DNA of 64,000 nt, from assembly GCA_964291285.2 (NCBI GenBank), contig OZ219787.1:1088001-1152000 (forward strand), read 5' to 3'. Below are positions 21,065-30,788 of the stretch, piece after piece (position 1 is the first letter of the stretch; each line of letters begins with the position of its first letter). The translations under genes were made by a program, and so were the position numbers. This DNA comes from Alphaproteobacteria bacterium. Lineage in GTDB: Bacteria > Pseudomonadota > Alphaproteobacteria > Bin95. Below the pieces are notes generated by a model. It ran no database searches. It was not told the origin of the DNA and was given only the letters and a program-made list of their open reading frames with translations.

Positions 21065-21097
21065 GGCAGGGCGGGCCGTGTTCCCGCCCTGCCGTTT
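21065..21097 (+). terminator. Intercistronic hairpin (terminator or mRNA stabiliser)
   Basis: GGCAGGGCGGG-N7-CCCGCCCTGCC followed by GTTT, between the binding-protein and permease genes. Confidence 0.5.
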
Positions 21098-21121
21098 CCC
21101 TAACCGTCGGAGAGCGGCGGA

Positions 21122-22039
21122 ATGCCGGCCTACACGCTCAAGCGGACCCTCGTTGCGTTCCTGATCCTAATCGTCGTGTCGGGGCTGACCTTTTCGCTCA
21201 GCCACCTCTCGGCCGATCCGGCGCTGACCATTGGAGGAGAGCAGGCGAGCGAGGAGGACATCCAGGCGATCCGCAAGCTCTACGGCTTCGACCGGCCGAT
21301 CCATGTCCAGTATCTTGACTGGCTCGGCCGCGCGCTCGCCGGCGATTTTGGCGAGAGCTACCACTACAAGCAGCGCGTCTTCGACATGGTCTCCGAGCGG
21401 ATCGGGCGCACCATGCTGCTTGGCACGCTGGCGATCCTGTTCGCGCTGGCGGTCTCGATCCCTCTGGGTACGCTCGCCGCCATGCGGCCCAATTCGATCA
21501 TCGACCGGATCGCGCTGTTCATTGCGGTTCTGGGCCAGGCGTTGCCGACCTTCTGGTTCGCGCTGATGATGATAATCGTCTTCGGCGTCTGGTGGCGCTG
21601 GCTGCCGATTTCCGGCCATACGCAGTGGGCCAACTATGTCATGCCCACCATCGCGCTCGGCTACTACGCCACGCCGGCGCTTATGCGCCTGACCCGCGCC
21701 GGCATGATCGAGGTGTTGGCCTCCGACTATATCCGCACGGCGCGCGCCAAGGGGCTGAGCCCGGCCTCGGTGCTCTTCAAGCATGCGCTGAGGAACGCGA
21801 TCATCCCGGTCGTGGCGCTGGCGGCCGTGTGGTTCGGGTTCATGCTGGGCGGCTCGATCGTCATCGAGACGATCTTCAACCTCAAGGGCATCGGGTGGCT
21901 GTCCTACGATGCGCTGCTGCGCTCGGACCTGCCGGTGGTGCAGGCGATCGTGCTGGTCTTCGCCTCGTTCTATGTGGTGCTGACGCTGCTGGCCGACCTG
22001 CTCAACGCTTGGCTCGACCCGCGAATCTCGGTGCGCTGA
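21122..22039 (+). CDS. Dpp/Opp ABC permease (DppB-like)
   Basis: GDFGES, DYIRTARAKGL, KHALRNA, IVIETIF. Confidence 0.92.
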   Translation: MPAYTLKRTLVAFLILIVVSGLTFSLSHLSADPALTIGGEQASEEDIQAIRKLYGFDRPIHVQYLDWLGRALAGDFGESYHYKQRVFDMVSERIGRTMLLGTLAILFALAVSIPLGTLAAMRPNSIIDRIALFIAVLGQALPTFWFALMMIIVFGVWWRWLPISGHTQWANYVMPTIALGYYATPALMRLTRAGMIEVLASDYIRTARAKGLSPASVLFKHALRNAIIPVVALAAVWFGFMLGGSIVIETIFNLKGIGWLSYDALLRSDLPVVQAIVLVFASFYVVLTLLADLLNAWLDPRISVR

Positions 22040-22048
22040 GGCATTGCC

Positions 22049-22975
22049 GTGACCGATAGCAGCACAGCCAGGTCCCTCGTTTTCCGGCAGCGGCAGACGG
22101 CCGAGGAAATCCTCGAGCCCTCGCCCTGGTCCAAGCTCCGCCGGCGCATTCTCGGCAACCGCAGCTTCCTGATCGGCGCGGTCATTCTCGCCGCCATCTT
22201 CGCGGTGGCGATCCTCGCACCCCTGCTCGCGCCGCACGACCCCTACGACCAGGACCTTGCGAAGCGCCTGACCAACCCGTTCTGGCATGAGAAGAAGGTC
22301 GATCCGGAGCATGTCCTCGGCACCGACAAGGTGGGCCGGGACTATCTCTCGCGGCTCATCTACGGCAGCCAGATATCACTGCTGATCGGCTTCTCGACGA
22401 TGCTCATCTCGGGCGTCATCGGCACGGTTCTGGGCGTGACAGCGGGGTATTTTGGCGGCCGGGTCGATATGGTGGTGAATTTCATCATCAACACGCGGCT
22501 CGCCATGCCCGTGTTCCTGGTTGCGATGGCGGCGGTGGTGGCCTTCGGCGCCTCGCTCACCGTAGTGATTCTGGTTCTCGGATTGTTCCTGTGGGACCGC
22601 TTCGCCGTGGTGATGCGGAGCATCACCATGCAGGCGCGTGATCTCGACTATGTGAAGGCGGCGCGCGCCATGGGCTGCTCGACGCCCTATATCATCGTGC
22701 GCGAGATATTCCCCAATGTGCTCTCGTCGCTGACCGTGGTGGCGACGGTCGAGATGGCGAACGCGATCCTGCTCGAAGCCGCGCTCTCCTTCCTCGGCTT
22801 CGGCGTGCAGGCGCCGACGCCGAGTTGGGGCCTGATGCTGAACGAGGGGCGCGAATACATGTTCTTCTCGCCCTGGCTGCTGGCATTGCCCGGCGTCTGC
22901 CTCTTCATGCTTGTGCTGGCGATCAACCTCTTCGGCGATGGGCTGCGCGACGTGACGCTCGAACGGGAACGTTGA
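22049..22975 (+). CDS. Dpp/Opp ABC permease (DppC-like)
   Basis: LGTDKVGRD.LSRLIYG, EAALSFLG.G, PSWGLML. Confidence 0.92.
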   Translation: MTDSSTARSLVFRQRQTAEEILEPSPWSKLRRRILGNRSFLIGAVILAAIFAVAILAPLLAPHDPYDQDLAKRLTNPFWHEKKVDPEHVLGTDKVGRDYLSRLIYGSQISLLIGFSTMLISGVIGTVLGVTAGYFGGRVDMVVNFIINTRLAMPVFLVAMAAVVAFGASLTVVILVLGLFLWDRFAVVMRSITMQARDLDYVKAARAMGCSTPYIIVREIFPNVLSSLTVVATVEMANAILLEAALSFLGFGVQAPTPSWGLMLNEGREYMFFSPWLLALPGVCLFMLVLAINLFGDGLRDVTLERER

Positions 22976-22979
22976 GACG

Positions 22980-23990
22980 GTGTCCGGGACGCTCCTTGAG
23001 GTCGAGAACCTTTCGGTCGATATCCCTGTCGCGGCCGGGATGCTGCACCCCGTGCGCGGCATCGATTTCTCCGTCTCGCGCGGCGAGACGCTCTGCATTG
23101 TCGGCGAGTCCGGCTGCGGCAAGTCGCTGACATCGCTCGCGATCATGGGGCTTCTACCGAAGACCGCCCGGCGCGCCGCCGACCGGATGAACTTTCTCGG
23201 CCGCGATATCCGCAACCTTCGCGAGCGCGAGATGGCGCGCTTGCGCGGCGGCTCCATGTCGATGATCTTCCAGGAGCCGATGACCTCGCTCAATCCGTCC
23301 TATACCATCGGCAACCAGCTTTCCGAGGTCTATCTGCGCCATGTGGAGCAGAACCGCATGGCGGCGCGCGACCGGGCCGAGTTCCTGCTTGAAAAGGTCG
23401 GCATTTCCTCCGCCGCCTCGCGCCTCGGCCAGTATCCCCACCAGCTGTCCGGCGGGCAGCGCCAGCGCGTGATGATCGCCATGGCGCTGATGTGCGGGCC
23501 GGAGCTGATTATCGCGGACGAACCGACCACCGCGCTCGATGTCACCATCCAGGCCCAGATTCTCCATCTTCTGGCGGAACTCCAGCACGAATTCGAGATG
23601 GGCATGATCCTCATCACCCACGATCTCGGCATCGTCGCGCGCGTCGCCGACAAGGTTCAGGTGATGTATGCGGGCAAGACGGTCGAGGAGGGCTCGTGCG
23701 AAGCGGTCTTCGATGCGCCCATGCACCCCTACACGCAGGGACTGCTGCGCTGCATCCCGATCCCGGGCCGGACGCGGCGTGGCGAGCGCCTGGGTTCGGT
23801 GCCGGGCATCGTGCCGAACCTCGTCGGCGAACTCTCCGGCTGCATGTTCCGCAATCGCTGCGACTATGCAAGCGACGCCTGCGCCAGCATGAGGGACGAG
23901 CCGACGCACATGGGCGACGGCCACGCCTATACCTGCTTGCGCGCGCCGGAAGAAGTGCTGGGCGAACGGCAGGCGGCCGCCGCGCCATGA
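22980..23990 (+). CDS. Dpp/Opp ABC ATPase (DppD-like)
   Basis: GESGCGKS, FQEPMTSLNP, LSGGQRQR, ADEPTTALDVT. Confidence 0.92.
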   Translation: MSGTLLEVENLSVDIPVAAGMLHPVRGIDFSVSRGETLCIVGESGCGKSLTSLAIMGLLPKTARRAADRMNFLGRDIRNLREREMARLRGGSMSMIFQEPMTSLNPSYTIGNQLSEVYLRHVEQNRMAARDRAEFLLEKVGISSAASRLGQYPHQLSGGQRQRVMIAMALMCGPELIIADEPTTALDVTIQAQILHLLAELQHEFEMGMILITHDLGIVARVADKVQVMYAGKTVEEGSCEAVFDAPMHPYTQGLLRCIPIPGRTRRGERLGSVPGIVPNLVGELSGCMFRNRCDYASDACASMRDEPTHMGDGHAYTCLRAPEEVLGERQAAAAP

Positions 23991-24973
23991 CCGAAGCCCC
24001 TGCGCTCGAAACCGTGGATGTCAGCTGCGTCTTCCAGGTCAGCCAGGGCCTCCTGCGCGGCTCGAAGCCGCTCCGTGCGGTCAACGGCGTCTCGTTGAAG
24101 ATACCCAGGGGCCAGGTCGTCGGGCTGGTAGGCGAGTCCGGCTGCGGGAAGAGCACTATGGCGAACATCCTGCTCGGTCTGCAGCGGCCGAGTTCGGGGG
24201 ACGTGCTCTATTCCGGCAACAGTGCGGCCGGCTTCTCCCGCCGCCAGATTGCGCGCCGGATCCAGCCCATCTTTCAGGACCCCTATTCCTCGCTTAACCC
24301 GACCAAGACCATCGAGTCCATCGTCTCCCAGCCGCTCAGGATCCATAATGTGGGCGTGCCATCGGAATGGTCCGCCAGGGTCGGCGAAATGCTCGATGTC
24401 GTGGGTCTGCCGCGCCGGGTGGCATCCAGTTATCCGAGCCAGCTCTCCGGTGGTCAGCGTCAGCGGGTGGCGATTGCCCGCGCGCTCATCATGCGCCCGG
24501 AAGTCGTAATCTGCGACGAGCCGACTTCCGCGCTCGATGTCTCGGTGCAGAGCCAGATCCTCAACCTGCTGCAGGATCTGAAAGAGGAATTCGGGCTTAC
24601 CTACCTGCTCATCAGTCACAATCTGGCCGTGGTCCAACACATGGCGGACCGGGTGGCGGTGATGTATCTGGGCCGGATCGTCGAGGAGGCTGACTCGGAC
24701 ACGCTGTTTGGCGACCCGCGCCATCCCTATACCCGCGCCCTTCTAGACTCGGTGCTGACGCCCGACCCGCGCCTCGGCGTGCCCGATACGCATCTCGGCG
24801 CCGTCTTCCCGAACCCCATCGACCCGCCGCCCGGCTGCACCTTCCACCCGCGTTGCCCGGAGTGCATGACGATCTGCCGGTCCGAGCCGCCACGGCCGGC
24901 CCTGGATGGTGGCCACAACACCGAATGCCATCTCTATGGCGGTGCAGTCGTGCCTCGAACCGCGACCCAGTGA
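23987..24973 (+). CDS. Dpp/Opp ABC ATPase (DppF-like)
   Basis: ATGA overlap with the upstream stop; GESGCGKST, FQDPYSSLNP, DEPTSALDVSVQ, GCTFHPRC. Confidence 0.92.
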   Translation: MTEAPALETVDVSCVFQVSQGLLRGSKPLRAVNGVSLKIPRGQVVGLVGESGCGKSTMANILLGLQRPSSGDVLYSGNSAAGFSRRQIARRIQPIFQDPYSSLNPTKTIESIVSQPLRIHNVGVPSEWSARVGEMLDVVGLPRRVASSYPSQLSGGQRQRVAIARALIMRPEVVICDEPTSALDVSVQSQILNLLQDLKEEFGLTYLLISHNLAVVQHMADRVAVMYLGRIVEEADSDTLFGDPRHPYTRALLDSVLTPDPRLGVPDTHLGAVFPNPIDPPPGCTFHPRCPECMTICRSEPPRPALDGGHNTECHLYGGAVVPRTATQ

Positions 24974-24984
24974 GGGAACAGCCC

Positions 24985-26442
24985 ATGAAAGTCTTCATCG
25001 CCTGCCTCGGGACCGAGACCAACACCTTCTCATCCATGCCGACCGGCGTGCGGACCTTCGAGGACACCATGCTGTTCCGCGGCGACGCGACCGGCCATCC
25101 GGCCTCCACCTTCAGCCTGCCGCTGCATGTCTGGCGCGCCGCCGCCGAGGAGCGTCAGGGCCAGGTCGTGGAGAGCCTCGCGGCCTTCGCCCAGCCCGCC
25201 GGGCTCACCGTGCGCAGGGTCTATGAGGGCTTTCGCGACGAGATACTGGACGACCTCCGCGCGGCGATGCCGGTCGATATCGTGCTCCTGTCCATGCACG
25301 GCGCCATGACCGCCGAGGGCTATGAGGACTGCGAGGGCGACCTGCTCGCCCGCGTGCGCGGGGTCGTCGGGCCGGATGCCATAGTCGGCGGCGAGTTGGA
25401 CCTCCACTGCTCGATCACCCCGAAAATGGTCGAGAACGCGGATGCGCTGGTCACGTTCAAGGAATATCCGCATATCGACGGCGGCGCACGCGCGGCCGAG
25501 CTGTTCGATATCTGCCTTGCCGCCCACCAGGGCGACGCGAGACCGGTCATGGCGGTCCATGACTGCCGGATGGTCGGCATGTGGCGCACGCCCGTCGAAC
25601 CGGTGCGGGGCCTGGTCGAGGACATGCAGGCGGCCGAGGGCAGGGACGGCATCCTCTCCGTCTCCTTCGCGCACGGCTTCCCCTGGCAGGACGTGCCGGA
25701 AACCACGGCCAGGGTGCTGGTCGTGGCCGATGGCGACGGCGCTCTCGCAGCCGAGACCGCAAGGGCCTTCGGGCAGCGGATCTGGGAGTTGCGCGACGAG
25801 ACCGGGCAGGACACCGTGACCATCGACGAGGCGCTGGACCTGATCGAGGAAGGTCCGGGTCCGGTGGTGGTCGCCGATGTCGCCGACAATGCCGGCGGCG
25901 GTGCGCCCTCGGACTCGACCTTCCTGCTGGCTCGCGCGCTCGAACGCGGCGCGACCGGGCTGCTCTCGGGCTATTACTGGGATCCGGTCGCCGTGCGCTT
26001 CTGCGAGGAGGCGGGCGAGGGCGCCACGCTCAGGCTCCGGATCGGCGGCAAATGCGGGCCGGACTCCGGCATGCCCCTGGACCTGACAGTCACCGTGAAG
26101 CGCATACTGGAGGGCGCCGTGCAGAGCTTCGGCGAGGCAACCATGGGCATGGGCACGGCCGTCTGGCTCTCCTCGGATGCGGGCATCGACCTCATCGTGA
26201 ACTCGGCCCGTACCCAGGTCTTTCATCCGGACGGCATGAGCCAGCTCGGCATCGACCCGGCGAGCTACAGGGGCATCGCCGTCAAATCGACCCAGCATTT
26301 CTATGCCGGCTTCGCGCCCATTGCATCGCGGATCGCCTATGTTGCCTGCGAAGGCGCCATCCCGCCCGACTTCGCGACGATCCCCTATGAGCGCTTCTCC
26401 GCCCCCTACTGGCCGCGCGTCGAGAATCCGCACGAGGACTGA
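24985..26442 (+). CDS. M81 family metallopeptidase (MlrC-like)
   Basis: ETNTFS, MHGAM, DCEGDLL, LDLHC, KEYPHID, ADNAGGG, VKSTQHF. Confidence 0.9.
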   Translation: MKVFIACLGTETNTFSSMPTGVRTFEDTMLFRGDATGHPASTFSLPLHVWRAAAEERQGQVVESLAAFAQPAGLTVRRVYEGFRDEILDDLRAAMPVDIVLLSMHGAMTAEGYEDCEGDLLARVRGVVGPDAIVGGELDLHCSITPKMVENADALVTFKEYPHIDGGARAAELFDICLAAHQGDARPVMAVHDCRMVGMWRTPVEPVRGLVEDMQAAEGRDGILSVSFAHGFPWQDVPETTARVLVVADGDGALAAETARAFGQRIWELRDETGQDTVTIDEALDLIEEGPGPVVVADVADNAGGGAPSDSTFLLARALERGATGLLSGYYWDPVAVRFCEEAGEGATLRLRIGGKCGPDSGMPLDLTVTVKRILEGAVQSFGEATMGMGTAVWLSSDAGIDLIVNSARTQVFHPDGMSQLGIDPASYRGIAVKSTQHFYAGFAPIASRIAYVACEGAIPPDFATIPYERFSAPYWPRVENPHED

Positions 26443-26497
26443 CGGCCGGGCCGTCCGCCTCCAACAGGCGTCGCCGAAAGACTTCGGGAACGGGGGA

Positions 26498-26573
26498 TGG
26501 TGCCGCGCAAAGGATTCGAACCCTTGACCTGCCGATTACAAATCGGCTGCTCTACCGACTGAGCTAGCGCGGC
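26498..26573 (-). tRNA. tRNA-Thr (UGU)
   Basis: Reverse complement GCCGCGCTAGCTCAGTCGGTAGAGCAGCCGATTTGTAATCGGCAGGTCAAGGGTTCGAATCCTTTGCGCGGCACCA: 76 nt, cloverleaf, encoded CCA. Confidence 0.97.
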
Positions 26574-26763
26574 GTCCGGCTTATTCTACCCGGTCGCCGC
26601 CGGCGGCGAAACGGCCCGCCTGCTCTCGCGAAGGCGGAGGGGCCGCCCCGCCGGTGCGCGGGGGCAGGCAGGGCCGGGACGACATAAAGCCATATTCCAG
26701 TATTTTTTCCCATTCAGTTCAGGCCGTTAGCCCCGGAGAAGAAAAAAGCTTCCTCACAGGGGC

Positions 26764-26803
26764 TTGCAATCCGGAAGAAGCAATACCAGAATAAAAAGCG
26801 AAC
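26764..26803 (+). promoter_or_regulatory. Sigma70-like promoter overlapped by a putative LexA box
   Basis: TTGCAA-17 bp-CAGAAT; GAAT-aaaaagc-GAAC at 26789-26803 is one mismatch from the alphaproteobacterial GAAC-N7-GAAC box. Confidence 0.5.
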
Positions 26804-26983
26804 ACAAAACCGGAGGCGGTCAACCGGGGCCGCTTTTGCGGGGCGTTCTTCTGCAGGGGGCGTCCCGCCTTCCCCGAACCTGGATCATGCCGGGCGTGTT
26901 CCGTGCCGGGTGCAGACCCGGCACACAGGACAGGTGCGCCCGCGAAGGCGGGGGCCGCTGCAACACGAAAGGAGACACGACCC

Positions 26984-27277
26984 GTGACCGACCCTTCGCC
27001 CCCGACCGGCCTCCGAGCCGGCGATGCGCCGCGCCCCTCGCGCGCGGGCGGGCAATCAGGCGCGCGAACCGCGCCGGCGCCGACGCCCGCCCGCGCCGGC
27101 ACGCGATACGCGCGAAACAGGGTCGCTCCCCCCATCGTCGCCCCCGCGAAGGCGGAGGCCGGGGTGACGGAGGAGGCGACGGCAGGGAGGCCGCCATGGC
27201 TCGCGAAACGACCCCTCGAACCGGCGGCAGCCGTTGGAGTACGAACCCGGAACATGACAAAACATGACATTTCATGA
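26984..27277 (+). CDS. Putative small Pro/Ala/Arg-rich protein (97 aa), uncertain
   Basis: AAGGAG 9 nt before GTG 26984; downstream of the candidate promoter; no recognisable domain. Confidence 0.3.
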   Translation: MTDPSPPTGLRAGDAPRPSRAGGQSGARTAPAPTPARAGTRYARNRVAPPIVAPAKAEAGVTEEATAGRPPWLAKRPLEPAAAVGVRTRNMTKHDIS

Positions 27278-27279
27278 CA
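27253..27279. repeat. Three CATGACA direct repeats with a 10-bp period
   Basis: CATGACAaaaCATGACAtttCATGACA. Confidence 0.8.
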
Positions 27280-28282
27280 CTTCGCAGGGGTTCTGCCGCG
27301 CCGGATACGAGACGGGGCGGGATGTGCGCATACAGCAGTCGCTACGGCGCCCCCTTTGCGGTTCCGGCGAAGCTGCGGCGGTAGCGGCCGGGCGTGGTGC
27401 CGACCAGGCGGCGGAAATGATGGCGGAGCGTCTCGACGGAGCCGAAGCCCGCCTCGGCCGCGAGGCGTTCCATGGGGAGTTGCGTTGTCTCCGCAAGCTC
27501 ACGGGCCCGGGCGACGCGCTGGCGAGTGAGCCACTCGCCGGGCGTCGTCCCGACGGTCTCCCGGAAGCGTCGCTGGAAGGCGCGAAGGCTCATGCCGGCC
27601 CGGCGCGCCAGATCGGCCCCGGTCAGCGGCTCGTCGAGATGGGCCGGCAGCCAGTCGAGCAGGGCGGCCAGCCGGCCGTTGCCGGCCTCGCGGGCAAGGG
27701 GCGCCGCCACGAATTGCTGCTGGCCGCCGTCCCGGTGCGGCGCCAGCACCAGCCGGCGGGCGACATTGTTCGCGACTGCCGCGCCGTGGTCCCGGCGGAC
27801 GATATGGAGGCAGAGGTCGAGGCCCGCCGCGCTGCCGGCCGAGGTCAGTACCGGGCCATCGTCGACATACAGCACATCCGCGTCCACCCGGATGTCCGGA
27901 TAGCGCCGGGCCAGCAGTTCCGCATAGCGCCAATGGGTGGTGGCGCGTCTGCCGTCGAGCACGCCGGCGGCCGCCAGCACGAAGACGCCGGAGCAGATGG
28001 AGACCAGCCGCCCGCCGCGCGCCGGAACCCGCTTCAGCGCCTCCAGCAAGGGCCGGGGTGCGGGCACGTCCACGCCCCGCCAGCCCGGCACGACAACGGT
28101 GTCGGCGTGCCCGATCAGGTCGAGGTCATAAGGCGCTTCGACGACAAGCCCGCCGGCAGCGCGGAGTGGGCCCGGCTCGGCGGCGCAGACATCGAAGCGG
28201 TACCAGGGGCGGTCCAGCTCCGGCCGGGGCAGACCGAAGATTTCGTATGTGCAACCGAATTCGAATGTGCAGAGACCGTCAT

Positions 28283-29978
28283 CCTAAATCCGGCAGTTGA
28301 GGATGGCTTGGCCTTGCCGAATCCCTTGTAGTCTGCGGGTATGAGCGGCTTTTCAGGGGCCGAAGAGGCTCACCCTTTGGGTGATTATCCTGGCGCTGTG
28401 CGGGATGTCGCCCGAGCGTCGGTGAAGGTGGACACCTTCGGCGGCGCGGTTCATGTGGAATGGGACCCTGATGCGGCGGTGACGCCGCTGGGGCATCTGG
28501 CGTTTTTCTCGGAATACCTGAAGGTAAGCGGTCGCTTTGACGCTTTGGTTGCGGACTGCCCGCTGCACTACACGAGCCCGAACGCGCCGTCGAAGCGGGA
28601 TGTCCTGGGGACGGTTCTTCTGTCGGTTCTGGCGGGGCAGTCTCGCTATGCGCACATCACGTCGCTGCGCGGCGACGGGGTGAACCCTGCGCTGCTGGGT
28701 ATGGACAAGGTTGCGAGCGAGGATTCGGTGCGGCGCGGTCTGGAGCGGATCGGTGCGGATGTCGGCACATCGTGGCTTCAGGGCCATCTGGACGAGGTGG
28801 TCCGTCCGCTGCTGAGGGAGCCGTGGGTTCTGGACTGCGACACGACGATCAAGGCGCTTTACGGTCGTCAGGAGGGGGCGGTTGTGAGCTACAACCCGAA
28901 GAAGCCGGGCCGCCCCTCGCATGCCTGCCATGCGTTCCTGATGGCGGGCACGCGGCTTGTTCTGGATGTCGAGGTGGCGCCGGGCAACCATCACCATTCG
29001 AGGCGCGCGGCGCCGTCCTTGTGGGCGTTGCTCGACCGTCTCGGTCGGGATCGCTGGCCGCGTCTGGTGCGGGGCGATAAGGACTGGGGCAGCGAGGCCA
29101 ACATGGCGTCGTGCGAGGCTGCGGGTCTGGACTATTTGTTCAAGCTGCGCCTGACGAAGGGGGCGCGCCGGCTTGCCGAGCGGCTGATGGTGCGGGACGG
29201 CTGGGAGGATGCAGGCCAGGGCTGGTCGGGGATCGGGGCCGATCTGCGTCTGCAGGGCTGGAGCCGGACGCGCCGGGTTGTGGTGCTGCGTCGGCGGCTT
29301 CCTGCGACGCTGGCGCTGACGCGTGGCGACAAGGCCCAGGGCGAGCTGTTCTGGACCGAGGCGCAGCCCGGCACCGGGGTGTGGGAGTTCGCGGTGCTGG
29401 CGACCTCGCTGGACCTGGAGATACGCTCGCTGGCCCAGCTCTACCGCGACCGGGCGGACGCGGAGAACGGCTTCGACGAGTTGAAGAACCAGTGGGGTTG
29501 GGGCGGCTTCACCACGCGCGACCTGACGCGCTGCCGGCACATGGCCCGGCTGATCGCGCTCATCTACAACTGGTGGAGCCTGTTCGTGCGCCTCGCCGAC
29601 CCCGACCATCACCGCGAGGCGATCACCAGCCGGCCGCTGCTCCTGCACGGGGTTGCCCGCCAGACCCACCACGCCGGCCAGACCCGGCTGACGGTGACCT
29701 CCCATCACGGGCGTCGCAAGACGGTGATGGCGGCGCTGCGCCGGATCGCCGGCTTCTTCCGGTCGCTGACGCAAACTGCGGAGCAGTTGAGCGCCGGGGA
29801 TCGCTGGCGCCGCATCCTCGCCGAGGCGCTCAGGAAATACCTCCATGGCCGCGAACCGGGGCGTCAACCCTGGCTGCCGCCACCCAGGGCCGCGACCACG
29901 TGCTGAAATCCACGCCCAAATCCGACCGTTCACACTACCCCGAGACAGCGATCAAGCTCGTCAACTGCCGGATTTAGG
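28283..29978 (+). mobile_element. IS1380-family insertion sequence (1696 bp)
   Basis: 18-bp perfect terminal IRs CCTAAATCCGGCAGTTGA / TCAACTGCCGGATTTAGG; TSD GTCAT at 28278-28282 and 29979-29983. Confidence 0.93.
28341..29906 (+). CDS. IS1380-type DDE transposase
   Basis: WVLDCDTT..YGRQEGA..YNP.KPGRPS, VRGD, YRDRADAEN.FDELK. Confidence 0.9.
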   Translation: MSGFSGAEEAHPLGDYPGAVRDVARASVKVDTFGGAVHVEWDPDAAVTPLGHLAFFSEYLKVSGRFDALVADCPLHYTSPNAPSKRDVLGTVLLSVLAGQSRYAHITSLRGDGVNPALLGMDKVASEDSVRRGLERIGADVGTSWLQGHLDEVVRPLLREPWVLDCDTTIKALYGRQEGAVVSYNPKKPGRPSHACHAFLMAGTRLVLDVEVAPGNHHHSRRAAPSLWALLDRLGRDRWPRLVRGDKDWGSEANMASCEAAGLDYLFKLRLTKGARRLAERLMVRDGWEDAGQGWSGIGADLRLQGWSRTRRVVVLRRRLPATLALTRGDKAQGELFWTEAQPGTGVWEFAVLATSLDLEIRSLAQLYRDRADAENGFDELKNQWGWGGFTTRDLTRCRHMARLIALIYNWWSLFVRLADPDHHREAITSRPLLLHGVARQTHHAGQTRLTVTSHHGRRKTVMAALRRIAGFFRSLTQTAEQLSAGDRWRRILAEALRKYLHGREPGRQPWLPPPRAATTC

Positions 29979-30123
29979 GTCATAGGCCAGCGCGACGACA
30001 TGCGAATGGGGCGGATGGTCCGGCATAATGGCGTGATCTTACCGAAAATGGGCAAAAGCGCCACGGAACTGTCTGGAGATTGCATCCATCATGGGAGTAT
30101 CCCGTTATTCCAAGGAACGCCCG

Positions 30124-30738
30124 ATGCTCCGCCTCTACGACAACCACACCTCCGGCAACGGATACAAGCCACGCCTCCTGCTCGCGCATCTGGGCCGGGA
30201 GTTCGAGCGCATCGAGGTCGATATCGACAAGGGCGGGTCGCGCACGCCCGCCTTCCTTGAGAAGAACCCCAACGGACGCATCCCGGTGCTGGAGTTGGAC
30301 GACGGCACCTGCCTGGCGGAGTCCAACGCCATCCTGTTCTATCTGGCGGAGGGGTCGCGCTTCCTTCCTTCGGACCGGCTGACGCGCGCGCAAACCCTGC
30401 AATGGATGTTCTTCGAGCAATACAGCCACGAACCCTTTATCGCGGTCGTCCGCCACTGGCTTCATCTCGGCGGGCTGACGGACCTGCAGCGCGCGCAGCT
30501 TCCGGCCAAGCGGGAAGGCGGCCACGCCGCGCTTGCCGTGATGGAGGGGCATCTCGGCCGGATGGACTGGTTCGGCGACGAGAGCATGACCATCGCCGAC
30601 ATCGCGCTCTACGCCTATACCCATGTGGCCGAGGAGGGGGAGTTCGACCTCGGCGCCTATCCGGCCGTGCGCGCGTGGCTCGACCGGGTCGTGGCGGAGC
30701 CCGGGCATGTCCCGATGGCGGTCGAGGGGTTATCCTGA
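30124..30738 (+). CDS. Glutathione S-transferase family protein
   Basis: SGNGYK, NPNGRIPVL, ESNAIL.YLA, TIADIALYAY. Confidence 0.92.
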   Translation: MLRLYDNHTSGNGYKPRLLLAHLGREFERIEVDIDKGGSRTPAFLEKNPNGRIPVLELDDGTCLAESNAILFYLAEGSRFLPSDRLTRAQTLQWMFFEQYSHEPFIAVVRHWLHLGGLTDLQRAQLPAKREGGHAALAVMEGHLGRMDWFGDESMTIADIALYAYTHVAEEGEFDLGAYPAVRAWLDRVVAEPGHVPMAVEGLS

Positions 30739-30788
30739 CGGAGAACCCCCCGACCGAAGCCTGCCGCCCGGCGGCAAGGAAAACAGTG

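Larger units (their letters stand above)
27342..30026 (-). pseudogene. ftrA: FtrA-like (GlxA/DJ-1-AraC) regulator split by IS1380
   Basis: Removing the IS and one GTCAT copy restores MPDHPPHSHVVALAYDGLCTFEFG...GLPRPELDRPWYRF...SICSG.FVLA..TTHW..TSAGSAAG.D, followed by an AraC HTH. Confidence 0.9.

Noticed and set aside
26498-26573. tRNA-Thr as an island integration site
   Set aside because: No integrase nearby and no duplicated tRNA 3' end seen in the window.
26719-27275. Overlapping ORFs 26719-27270(-), 26820-27275(-) and 26764-27267(+)
   Set aside because: Low-complexity translations across promoter and repeat DNA with no RBS support.
27253-27279. Pho box
   Set aside because: TGTCAT units on the reverse strand repeat every 10 bp, not the 11 bp of PhoB boxes.
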